IMG/VR virus record: IMGVR_UViG_3300044701_000880
Span: 1 to 40,899 of that record
Origin: a virus
Lineage: Duplodnaviria; Caudoviricetes
Strand: one strand, 5' to 3'
DNA: 40,899 nt
The first letter of the stretch is position 1; each line of letters starts with the position of its first letter. The notes beneath the pieces were generated by a model. It made no database searches. It saw nothing but the letters and a program-made list of their open reading frames with translations, and had not been told where the DNA came from. Position numbers and translations under genes: made by a program. Positions 17,434-26,630 of this stretch are shown piece after piece.

Positions 17434-17876
17434 TTAGAAAAGCCGGCGTCCCTGATGTTGATGCTATCGTAGCAATGGCAGGACCATTTTTAAATTATTC
17501 GCAGTTCACCGATTACACTGAAATTGAACGCGACGATGTAGTGTTCGGAATTTGTAATTTGATTGATAATGGTATTGTCTTTGTAGCAGAAAAAGAAGGC
17601 CAAATTGTTGGGTGTATTTGCGGGATTATCACAAATTTTTGGTTTGCAAGAAATACAAAGGTAGCCGCTGAATTAGGTTGGTGGGTTAATGAGGAACACC
17701 GAGGGTCTACGGCTTCAATTAGGTTATTGCAAGCATTTGAAAACTGGGCTAAAGAACACGGAGTTAAAGCAATTACAATGTCTGATCTTGTTATTAACGG
17801 CAACACTCCAGCAGGTCCAATCTATAAAAAACTTGGGTATGAGCTTGTTGAACGTGCTCATGTAAAGGGAGTTTAA
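17430..17876 (+). CDS. GNAT-family acetyltransferase (second copy)
   Basis: MIRKAGVPD, WWVNEEHRG, AFENWA, IYKKLGY. Confidence 0.8.
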   Translation: MIRKAGVPDVDAIVAMAGPFLNYSQFTDYTEIERDDVVFGICNLIDNGIVFVAEKEGQIVGCICGIITNFWFARNTKVAAELGWWVNEEHRGSTASIRLLQAFENWAKEHGVKAITMSDLVINGNTPAGPIYKKLGYELVERAHVKGV

Positions 17877-17877
17877 T

Positions 17878-18348
17878 ATGGCAGTTGCAACTAGTACAGC
17901 TATTCTTGTTGCTGCCGCGGTTGGCACGGCAGTTACCGCCTATGGTCAATATCAAGCCGGTCAAGCCCAAGAACGCGCATTAAATTATCAAGCAGCTGTT
18001 CAAGAACGTAATGCGCAAATTGCAAAGCAAAATGCGGAGTACGACGCGCAACGGCAAGAATCTAGGCTAAGACGAGCCATTGGTTCACAACGAGCCGCAG
18101 TATTAGCTTCTGGTATTCAAATGGAAGGTACGGCATTAGAATTACAACAAGATACTGTTCAACAAGCTGAAATGGATCGATTAGCTATTCTTTACGGCGG
18201 CGACATTAATTATCAAAACGCCAAGTCTGAAGCGGAATTATCACGCATGCAAGGTAAAGCCGCCGGTCAAGCAGGAACCACTGCTGCTTTTGGCACGGTA
18301 TTAGGTGGATTTGGCCAAGGTTACATGATGTATAAGAAAATAACTTAA
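17878..18348 (+). CDS. Internal virion protein (gp14-like)
   Basis: Hydrophobic Ala/Gly N-terminus, Q/A-rich helix, SQRAAVLASGI; syntenic position. Confidence 0.75.
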   Translation: MAVATSTAILVAAAVGTAVTAYGQYQAGQAQERALNYQAAVQERNAQIAKQNAEYDAQRQESRLRRAIGSQRAAVLASGIQMEGTALELQQDTVQQAEMDRLAILYGGDINYQNAKSEAELSRMQGKAAGQAGTTAAFGTVLGGFGQGYMMYKKIT

Positions 18349-18355
18349 GGTTAAT

Positions 18356-20641
18356 ATGCCAAGAATTCCAACATATCAAGAAAGTCAAATTAGTGGCCTA
18401 GGTTTAGGTGGTCGTCCTATGTCAGGTCTAGACAGCCGTCAAATTGCGGCAATGGCTGAAACTGCCGGTGGTGGTCTTGTAAAAACTGGCCAAGCAATTA
18501 CGCAACTAGCATCTAATTTTGCAGACGTAGAAGTTCAGCGCCAAAAAGATACTGCAGCAATTGAACATGCTACTATTACTTCTTCCTTTGGCACGGAACT
18601 TACTAAGCGAATTAGTGATCTTCGTGAGACTGACAGCGCAAATACTAAGAAATATTTAGATCCAGACTATGGTGGTACATCACAACCAGATACGCATTTT
18701 AATCAAGTAGATAAAGCTTTTAATGAATTAGTTAATGATCCTAAGTGGAAACATTCTAACCGTTACGCGCAGCAAATGTGGAATCAATATATCGGCCAGG
18801 TAAAGGGGTCGGTTGCAAGAGAAGCTATTCAATTTGAAGCAAATCAACGGGTTGAAGCTCGTCAAATTGGCTTGATGGAAGCTAGAAAATCTGACATTAT
18901 TGCGGTTGGCTCTGATCCAACTAAATTAGACGCCATGATCGCTAAATGGGAAACTTTATACAACACCCTTGATGACCCCAAGACCAAAGAAATTGAAGGG
19001 TACCGTGGGGTTGTTGACAATAAATTTTTAGCAAGAATGCGAGATGCTCGCGGTGATTTTACAATTGCTGCTTATGAAACCATGATTACAAATAGTCCTG
19101 GGGCGGCATATAAATCACTTCAGCAGCTTCAAAAAAATCCAGCCAGAATGGAACAACTTGGTCTAGATCCGAATGAGTTTAATAAATTATTCCGCGCGGC
19201 TAAAAATACGTATGAAGCTGGTAATGTCTTACAGCAGTATAATTTAGAGAAAAATTTTGAATCTCATCTTGCCTTGATTCAAAGCACTGGCACAGGTTTA
19301 CCTCAATTCTCTGGAAAAAATGGCGTAGCGAACGCGGTATCTGGAGTAATAGGTGGTGATCGCGCTGTAGTAATGGCAGATAAAATGCAGCGTCAAGTTA
19401 ATATTGCGCAATCTAGTTGGGATGCCGCATCTAGTTTAAGGTTTTTACCTGTCACCGAAATGATTACTGGCTTTAATAAATTAACACCAACACCAAATGC
19501 TAATGCCGCTGATCAACTTAAGGTTAAAGAAAATGTTGGTCAATTAATAAACGGCTGGATTCAACAACGGGCGCAAGATCCTGGGGCATTTTGGTCGCAG
19601 CATCCCGCTGTACAACAAAGGCAAAGAACTGGCGATATTGCAGGAGCTCGTGACCAGATGCTTGTCTTACAGCGTCAAGCCGGGGTAGAACCATTTAACT
19701 ACGCGGTTTTAAGCCAGCAAGAACGGTCTAGTGAGATTAGTTATCTGCTTAAAGCCCCTCCAAATGAAGTTGCCGGCAGATTACAAAGTTTAAGAACTAG
19801 ATATGGTGGGCAAAACGGTGAATTTAGGGGTCAAGCCGATATTGTTTTTAGGCAGTTAACAACTGGTGAAGGAGCTTTACCTCCTGAGTATATGTTTGCA
19901 GCAAGAGCTTTAGGCACACCAGCTGAAACAAAAATTCTTAATGCATTAAAACTAGACGATAAAACCCTTACTAGTTTAGCGCCAAGCCTTCAAAAAGGAA
20001 TTAGCTATAAGGATATTGAAGGTACTTCCGTGCAAATGGGTGACACATATCTTAAAGCAATTACTGGCGGGTTAAGCAGTCGTCTAGGAACTTTTGAAGC
20101 CGCCTCAAAATTAGTCTCTAAAATGGCAACAGCCGAGTTACTAAGCACAGGTAGCACTAATAGTACTAGCGCAGTAAAACGCGCTTGGCAAGATGTGATG
20201 CAAAGTTTTGACGTCACCGGCGGAACCTACTTTATTCCTAAGGCAAAACCTGGCGAACCTAATACTTACAATATGGCTCAGATCCATGAAAATGCTGCCT
20301 TGATTAAGGCCAATCCAGTATATCTTGCGCAAAAATTTAAGATCGCAGTCCCCGGTTCTATGGATCCAGCGACTGCACAACAACCTGCTTGGATGAGCGA
20401 GAGTTATTTAAAGTCCCTAGCTAAACACGGGTATTGGATTACCAATCAAGATGGCACAGGATTAGATTTAATTATCAATTCAAACGGTGTCCCTGAAAAA
20501 GTACCTACTACCGATGGTGGTACTGTAAGCATTCCATTTTCACAACTAAGTAATAAGCTTCCTGAAGATGTTAGAAAAACGCTTACTACTAAACCAAGTG
20601 GAGTAGGTTTTGGTCGTGGCGGCTTTGGAATCTATAACTAA
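18356..20641 (+). CDS. Internal virion (ejection) protein
   Basis: MPRIPTY start, helical composition, synteny. Confidence 0.7.
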   Translation: MPRIPTYQESQISGLGLGGRPMSGLDSRQIAAMAETAGGGLVKTGQAITQLASNFADVEVQRQKDTAAIEHATITSSFGTELTKRISDLRETDSANTKKYLDPDYGGTSQPDTHFNQVDKAFNELVNDPKWKHSNRYAQQMWNQYIGQVKGSVAREAIQFEANQRVEARQIGLMEARKSDIIAVGSDPTKLDAMIAKWETLYNTLDDPKTKEIEGYRGVVDNKFLARMRDARGDFTIAAYETMITNSPGAAYKSLQQLQKNPARMEQLGLDPNEFNKLFRAAKNTYEAGNVLQQYNLEKNFESHLALIQSTGTGLPQFSGKNGVANAVSGVIGGDRAVVMADKMQRQVNIAQSSWDAASSLRFLPVTEMITGFNKLTPTPNANAADQLKVKENVGQLINGWIQQRAQDPGAFWSQHPAVQQRQRTGDIAGARDQMLVLQRQAGVEPFNYAVLSQQERSSEISYLLKAPPNEVAGRLQSLRTRYGGQNGEFRGQADIVFRQLTTGEGALPPEYMFAARALGTPAETKILNALKLDDKTLTSLAPSLQKGISYKDIEGTSVQMGDTYLKAITGGLSSRLGTFEAASKLVSKMATAELLSTGSTNSTSAVKRAWQDVMQSFDVTGGTYFIPKAKPGEPNTYNMAQIHENAALIKANPVYLAQKFKIAVPGSMDPATAQQPAWMSESYLKSLAKHGYWITNQDGTGLDLIINSNGVPEKVPTTDGGTVSIPFSQLSNKLPEDVRKTLTTKPSGVGFGRGGFGIYN

Positions 20642-23600
20642 TGGCAAAACTTAAAGCTAGGGATCCAAACGTTTCGGCGGAAGATCCACTTTCTCTTAAA
20701 CCATTTACTGGTGAAACCAGTCCTATCAGTTTAAATTTTACTGACGAGGCGCCTTCACGCTGGTTTCAATCATTTGGTTTTGATGGAGTCAGAGCAGACC
20801 GCGCAGAGGTTAGAGGAGCTGCCTGGGATAAAGCAGACTCCGGTCTTAAGTCTATTTTAAATTTAAGTGAGCTTGATAGAGCCGAAGAACTTACAAAATA
20901 TTCTGATGAAGAACTACGATCTTTATATCGTAAACGACATTCAAGCGCTAGAGGCGGCGGAAGTACTGGCGCAAGGCGTCGTCCTACCTTAGAAGAATTT
21001 GGTATTGCCGACCGCCCAGTTTACTTAAGTCCAGATGAAGCAAATCAACAATATGGTATTCCTGGTCACTTAACTTGGGATAAACCTATTAGCAGTCTTG
21101 TGGCATCAATTCAGCACAAACGTAAACTTGATGAAGTTAGATACAGCAATATTGTAGGCCGTGCCCAAGGTTTTGTTGATAACGGCATGGCGCTTGGTAT
21201 TGAAATGGGAGCTTCTTTGTTAGACCCTGTTGGCTTAGCTATTGGTTTTATTCCATTAGTAGGTCAAGCAAGATATGGAAAACTTGCCGAATCTGGTTTT
21301 AAGACAGCATCTAGAATGGCAAGAGGTGCTGAAGCTGGGTTTGTTGGCACATTAGGTGTTGAACCATTTATTTATGCCGATAAGGTACAAAGTAAAGCTG
21401 ACTATGACATGTATGATTCTTTGGCAAATGTGGCATTTGGCACGGTTGCCGGCGCTGGATTGTTTGCAGTAGGTGGCAAGATAGCTGATGGTGTTAGAAG
21501 TCTTCGTAAAGAAAGCCACGTCAAAGCGTTTGATTTATCAATTAAACAATTGGCAGCAGGTAAGAATGTTGAAGTAGGACCAGTTGCTACACATGGTGCC
21601 GGCAACGGAAAAGTTACCGCCATTAACATCGATGACTTTGATACAACCCCAACTTCAATTAATAGCAAGGCTATTGAACCAGCCCCTGAATTAGACCCTG
21701 AACTTAAAAAATTAAGTCCAATTAAAGAATACCCGCCAGCAGCTGACGTAACTAAAAGTCTAGAGTTAATGGATAAGGTTACAACCGGACCTACAAATCG
21801 TATTACTGTGCAGCAAATTAAACAAGCCGTAGATACGCCAGCTCTCAAAGAAGCTATTGATCAAGCAGCTAAGATGAACCTTGGCAATAACATTGCCTTC
21901 TACATTACTACAGCAGATGGAAACGTTGTTGCTGTAAAAGCTGGCAAAGATAAACGTTTAGCCGGGGCTCCAATGTCCTTGATTACTTCGCCTTCGTATG
22001 CGGCTGGCGGAGTAATTGATATGACTAAGGTTACAACACAGTTGCAAGATCTATTGGCTATTCATGGTTTGTCTGGCGATGAGGGTATGGCCATGGCTTA
22101 TAAGGGTTCTTATAAGCTCGACAAAGGCAATATCACGCACATCATTGAAATCAATAAAGTAGCATTTGACCCGCTACAAAATCAGCATAACATTGTCATT
22201 GCGCCATTTGACAATATGAAAGGCATGTTCTCACAAGATCCTGCTGATCAAGTATTTTCAGATTTAAATCCTCGCGGTAAGGAAGGCGTATTAGCCACAG
22301 CGCAAGATTTAAAATCCTTTGTAGCGGATGATACCCCATTAAAGTATAAATCCTTTGGCGGGTTTGACGAAACTTTAGATGTTACACAGTTAAAGAGTGT
22401 TGGGCCACAACAAGGTACTAATCCTGGTGGTTTACATAAAGACCAAGTTACTGGTGGGGATCTTTACGTAAAATACCAAGATCCTAATCGTACGATGAAT
22501 GAATGGATTGCAGCGACACTATATCGCTGGTTTAACGTACCCATGCCAAAAACCACAATTGTTACAGATCAAGGTAAAACAATTGGTGTAGCGTCAGAAC
22601 TAATTCATCAAGGCAAACCCCTGTCTCCAGACGAGTTTGTCAAATTAGATCCAGAAGTACAGCGCGCATTTTTACGTCATTTTATGGTTGACGCATTCCT
22701 AGGTAATTGGGATGTGGTTGGAAACGCACCCAACTGGAATATGCTGTTGATGCCTAGTGGCGAAGTAATTAGGATTGATCCGGGTGGCGCTTTACTTTAT
22801 CGCGCCCAAGGATTGCCTAAAGGTAAGGATTTTGGACCCACGGTTAAAGAGTTTCAAACGTTGCAAAGTTCGTCAATGAACCCGGCAGCCGCTAAAGTAT
22901 TTAAATTAGCAAAAAGTGTTGATGACATTGATGATGCGGTCTACCGTATCTTGCGTGTTCCTGAATCGGAATTTATTAAGTTAGTTGATACAGCAAAGCA
23001 GCATGGTCTGGGTGAAGCCGAAGCGAAAGTTTTACTTGAAACTTTGTTAGCAAGACGTTTAGACTTACAAAATACATACGGTGACGCAGCTAAGAAAGCC
23101 GCCAAGGATCAGAATAAGATTCAATTTACTAGCCAAAAAGAAGCTCTTGATTTTTTAAATACTACTAAAGAAGCGACGTTAAAGCACATTAACAACGATG
23201 AAAAGAGCGTCATTAAACAGTATACTGGTTCTTACTATCAAAACCTAAATAAAGCCCTTTGGGACAAGGCAACTAATGGTACTGCCATTCCAGGTAATCT
23301 ACAGCAAGACATTGATCTGCTTGATTCAGCCATTGCAAAAGCTCCTAAGTTAAGTGAAGCAATTGAGGTATGGCGCGGCAACATTGGTCACAATGCGTTT
23401 AATAGCTTATTAGCAGATGCTGGATTATCTACATTTGGTAAGGGAGCAAAAATTAATGGTGAGGATGCTTATAACATTCTTAAGGCGCTTGAAGGTAAAG
23501 TAATTGAATTACCTGGTTTTACTAGTACATCTCTTAGCTATAACTTTGCTAAAAACTGGCATGGAAGTTACCAGGGTATGAGTTCAATCGCGCAAATTAT

Positions 23601-24114
23601 TGTGCCGCAAGGACAACAAGCCTTGATGGTAGGACCACATCTTGGACTTCAGCAAGAATATGAGGTGCTGTTACCTAGATCTGCTGTATATAGATTAGTC
23701 CAAGTATTACCACCAAAAGGTACTGGGGGTGATCCTACTTTGTTATTACAAGTTGTTGATAAGAATTCGCACTTACCCTTTGAAAAACCAAGCGGGGACA
23801 TGTTAAAAACGGCTAAGCAATGGAAAGAAAGCGGCAGTAATGCAGCTGATACCACGCCATTAGCAAATGAACCAGTTGATGCTGTTGGTGATACTTTAAA
23901 AGGCGGAATGGATGACCTTGCTAAAGTGACACAAGAACTAGAGGATTTACAAACTTCGCTTGATTCACAGATGGCAAACTTAGATCCTGCTTCAATGAAA
24001 GTTTTAGAAAAAGAACTTAAAGCAATTAATGAACAAGCAGATATGGCAGCTGCTGATGCACAAAATCTGTATAAGGCAGCACAAGCTGCCGCTGTTTGTA
24101 TCAATAAGGGATAA
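20641..24114 (+). CDS. Internal virion protein with kinase-like and ADP-ribosyltransferase domains
   Basis: GTNPGG..YVK..NE..GNWD..N..RIDPG kinase-like motifs; VWRG / FTSTS / QEYEVLLPR ART motifs. Confidence 0.8.
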   Translation: MAKLKARDPNVSAEDPLSLKPFTGETSPISLNFTDEAPSRWFQSFGFDGVRADRAEVRGAAWDKADSGLKSILNLSELDRAEELTKYSDEELRSLYRKRHSSARGGGSTGARRRPTLEEFGIADRPVYLSPDEANQQYGIPGHLTWDKPISSLVASIQHKRKLDEVRYSNIVGRAQGFVDNGMALGIEMGASLLDPVGLAIGFIPLVGQARYGKLAESGFKTASRMARGAEAGFVGTLGVEPFIYADKVQSKADYDMYDSLANVAFGTVAGAGLFAVGGKIADGVRSLRKESHVKAFDLSIKQLAAGKNVEVGPVATHGAGNGKVTAINIDDFDTTPTSINSKAIEPAPELDPELKKLSPIKEYPPAADVTKSLELMDKVTTGPTNRITVQQIKQAVDTPALKEAIDQAAKMNLGNNIAFYITTADGNVVAVKAGKDKRLAGAPMSLITSPSYAAGGVIDMTKVTTQLQDLLAIHGLSGDEGMAMAYKGSYKLDKGNITHIIEINKVAFDPLQNQHNIVIAPFDNMKGMFSQDPADQVFSDLNPRGKEGVLATAQDLKSFVADDTPLKYKSFGGFDETLDVTQLKSVGPQQGTNPGGLHKDQVTGGDLYVKYQDPNRTMNEWIAATLYRWFNVPMPKTTIVTDQGKTIGVASELIHQGKPLSPDEFVKLDPEVQRAFLRHFMVDAFLGNWDVVGNAPNWNMLLMPSGEVIRIDPGGALLYRAQGLPKGKDFGPTVKEFQTLQSSSMNPAAAKVFKLAKSVDDIDDAVYRILRVPESEFIKLVDTAKQHGLGEAEAKVLLETLLARRLDLQNTYGDAAKKAAKDQNKIQFTSQKEALDFLNTTKEATLKHINNDEKSVIKQYTGSYYQNLNKALWDKATNGTAIPGNLQQDIDLLDSAIAKAPKLSEAIEVWRGNIGHNAFNSLLADAGLSTFGKGAKINGEDAYNILKALEGKVIELPGFTSTSLSYNFAKNWHGSYQGMSSIAQIIVPQGQQALMVGPHLGLQQEYEVLLPRSAVYRLVQVLPPKGTGGDPTLLLQVVDKNSHLPFEKPSGDMLKTAKQWKESGSNAADTTPLANEPVDAVGDTLKGGMDDLAKVTQELEDLQTSLDSQMANLDPASMKVLEKELKAINEQADMAAADAQNLYKAAQAAAVCINKG

Positions 24115-24116
24115 TC

Positions 24117-26630
24117 ATGGCCTATCAAGATTGCTTAAATATCATTAAAAAAGCTGCCGGTGAAAATAAGATTACCGATCAGCAAGCCGAAGATTTACTT
24201 AGTGAGATTGATTCTTTTATTGCACAAAAGAAAAAGTCATTGCAAGTAGAAAACTTAGATGCAACAATTGCAACCCACTTACAGCAACGATTAAAAGATT
24301 CGATCTTAACGGCAGCTATTGAAAAACGCAACAACCTAATCAATACCAAGGTTATGGCCCAAGCTTTAAACTTTGTTGAAGGTTTTGAGAATCCGGCTGA
24401 CGGGTTGTCTGCTTTAATGGTAGGTAGTGTTAAGAGTGCGCAAAAATCAAAGTTTAGTATTGACGCCCAAGGTAAAGCCTTAGCCAATAAATATTTAGGG
24501 CGCTTGATTGCAGACCTTGAACAAAAAGATTTGTTAGTACATTTCTCTGGTGGTCATATGGATGACGACATTGCTAGAGAATTATTTGAGATTAAACCAA
24601 ACGGAACCCCTGGCGTTACTAATAATTTAGTGGCACAAGATGTAGCAGCTATTATTCATAAGTATCAAATGACGGCTATTACCAGGGCAAATCAAGCCGG
24701 GGCGTATATTCAACCGCGCCCAGGGTATATCTTTAGGCAATCACATGATCAAATCAGAATCAGACGGGCTGGTTTTGAGGAGTGGAAAAACTTCATCATG
24801 GATAAGTTAGATGCTGAAGAGACCTTTAAAGATGCTAATCCTGAGGAATTCTTACGTGGTGCTTACGACGGTTTAATCACTGGTCTACATAAACGATTTA
24901 AAGGTGAAGCAGAAAGCAACTTCTTACACGGGTTTAAAGGACCTGCTAATATTGCTAAGAAGATGAGTCAAGAACGATTGCTGCATTTTAAAGATGCTGA
25001 TGCCTTCATGATGTATAACGAAAAGTTTGGCGTTCAAGATCTTCGTGAAGCCGTGGTTAGCGGCTTAGAGCACATGGCTAGGAATACCGCCTTGATGGAA
25101 GGTCTTGGCACAAACCCGGTTGCCATGTTTGACCGGTTAGTTACCCAGTTAAAACTTAAAAATCGTGATGATCCAAAACTATTTGATCAGTTATCTGACC
25201 GGTCATTAATGAATCAGTTGCGTGAGATTGATGGAACTACTAGAATTCCAGCCAACGTAAGCGTGGCAAGGATTGCCTCGATTATTCGCGGCATTCAAAA
25301 CATGTCTAAGCTAGGTGGTGCCGTGGTTTCCTCAATCACTGACATTCCTAACCAAGCAGCTGAGCTACGATACCAAGGTGTTCCCTTGTTAAATGCCTAT
25401 ACCGAGACATTTATGAACGTGTTTCGCGGTCGTGGTAATGACGAACGTAAGGAACTGGCACGACTACTAGGTGTTGGCTTTGATGGTCTGATTGGCGACG
25501 TAACTGCTAGATTTGGTAGTACGGATTCATTGCCTAATACCATGGCAAAATTGCAGCAACGGTTTTTTAAACTTAATCTAATGAGCTGGTGGAACGATAG
25601 TCATCGTTCAGGAACTGCCATTATGATGAGTAACCACCTTGCCGGTAATGCAAGTAAAGCCTTTACTGATCTAGATCCACGACTAACAAACGTGTTAAAA
25701 CAATACGGGATTAATGAACCTGAATGGGATATCCTTAGAACAAAGACACTCCATACGGCTTCTGATGGCAATCAATACATGGTTAGTCACGCCCTAGAAG
25801 ATCTGACAGATGCCGAAGTTAAGTCATATCTACAATTAACTGGCACACAAAAGCCAACTAAACGCGACATTGCAACCGCGAGAAACGGGTTAATGTCTAA
25901 ATTAGATACGTACTTCCAAGATCGATCAGACTACGCGGTTCCGATGCCAGGGGCTGCTGAACGGGCGATGTTAAACCAGGGCACCGAAGCCGGGACCGTG
26001 GTTGGTGAAGCCTTACGCATGATCATGCAATTCAAGTCCTTCCCTGTAACGATGCTTCGCCGGGGTGTTGGCCGCGAACTGTACGGATCAGATCAGAAAG
26101 ACATTACTGGTTTAGTGCACTTAATGGCAGCAACCACAATCTTTGGCTACGGATCTATGGTCATGAAAGATATCCTCAAGGGCAAAGAACCACGGACCTT
26201 TAGTGGTGATATCGCGAAGGATGCTAAACTGATGTTTGCCGCAATGAGTCAAGGCGGTGGTCTTGGTATTTACGGTGACTTCTTATTTGGTGAATATAGT
26301 CGTTATGGGCGTTCATTCTTGTCTACCTTGGCAGGTCCTACCTTCGGACAAGTTGACGATCTAGCTGAACTATGGACACGCTTTAGGACTGGCGAAGATT
26401 TTGCCGGTAACGCAATGCGAATGGTAATTAATAATACCCCATTTATAAACCTGTTTTATACAAGGCAAGCGCTTGATTATTTATTTTTGTACGAGTTGCA
26501 AGAATTAGCTAATCCAGGGTATCTTCGTCGCATGGAAGGCCGTATAATGAGAGAAAATGACCAGGAATTCTTTATACCTCCTAGTCAACAGGTACCTTAC
26601 GGGGGCAACTTAAGAGGTCTAACACAATGA
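24117..26630 (+). CDS. Large internal virion (ejection) protein
   Basis: QSHD, RLLHFKDAD, QFKSFP, GGGLGIYGDFL, NTPFINLFY motifs of BPP-1/epsilon15-like core proteins. Confidence 0.8.
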   Translation: MAYQDCLNIIKKAAGENKITDQQAEDLLSEIDSFIAQKKKSLQVENLDATIATHLQQRLKDSILTAAIEKRNNLINTKVMAQALNFVEGFENPADGLSALMVGSVKSAQKSKFSIDAQGKALANKYLGRLIADLEQKDLLVHFSGGHMDDDIARELFEIKPNGTPGVTNNLVAQDVAAIIHKYQMTAITRANQAGAYIQPRPGYIFRQSHDQIRIRRAGFEEWKNFIMDKLDAEETFKDANPEEFLRGAYDGLITGLHKRFKGEAESNFLHGFKGPANIAKKMSQERLLHFKDADAFMMYNEKFGVQDLREAVVSGLEHMARNTALMEGLGTNPVAMFDRLVTQLKLKNRDDPKLFDQLSDRSLMNQLREIDGTTRIPANVSVARIASIIRGIQNMSKLGGAVVSSITDIPNQAAELRYQGVPLLNAYTETFMNVFRGRGNDERKELARLLGVGFDGLIGDVTARFGSTDSLPNTMAKLQQRFFKLNLMSWWNDSHRSGTAIMMSNHLAGNASKAFTDLDPRLTNVLKQYGINEPEWDILRTKTLHTASDGNQYMVSHALEDLTDAEVKSYLQLTGTQKPTKRDIATARNGLMSKLDTYFQDRSDYAVPMPGAAERAMLNQGTEAGTVVGEALRMIMQFKSFPVTMLRRGVGRELYGSDQKDITGLVHLMAATTIFGYGSMVMKDILKGKEPRTFSGDIAKDAKLMFAAMSQGGGLGIYGDFLFGEYSRYGRSFLSTLAGPTFGQVDDLAELWTRFRTGEDFAGNAMRMVINNTPFINLFYTRQALDYLFLYELQELANPGYLRRMEGRIMRENDQEFFIPPSQQVPYGGNLRGLTQ

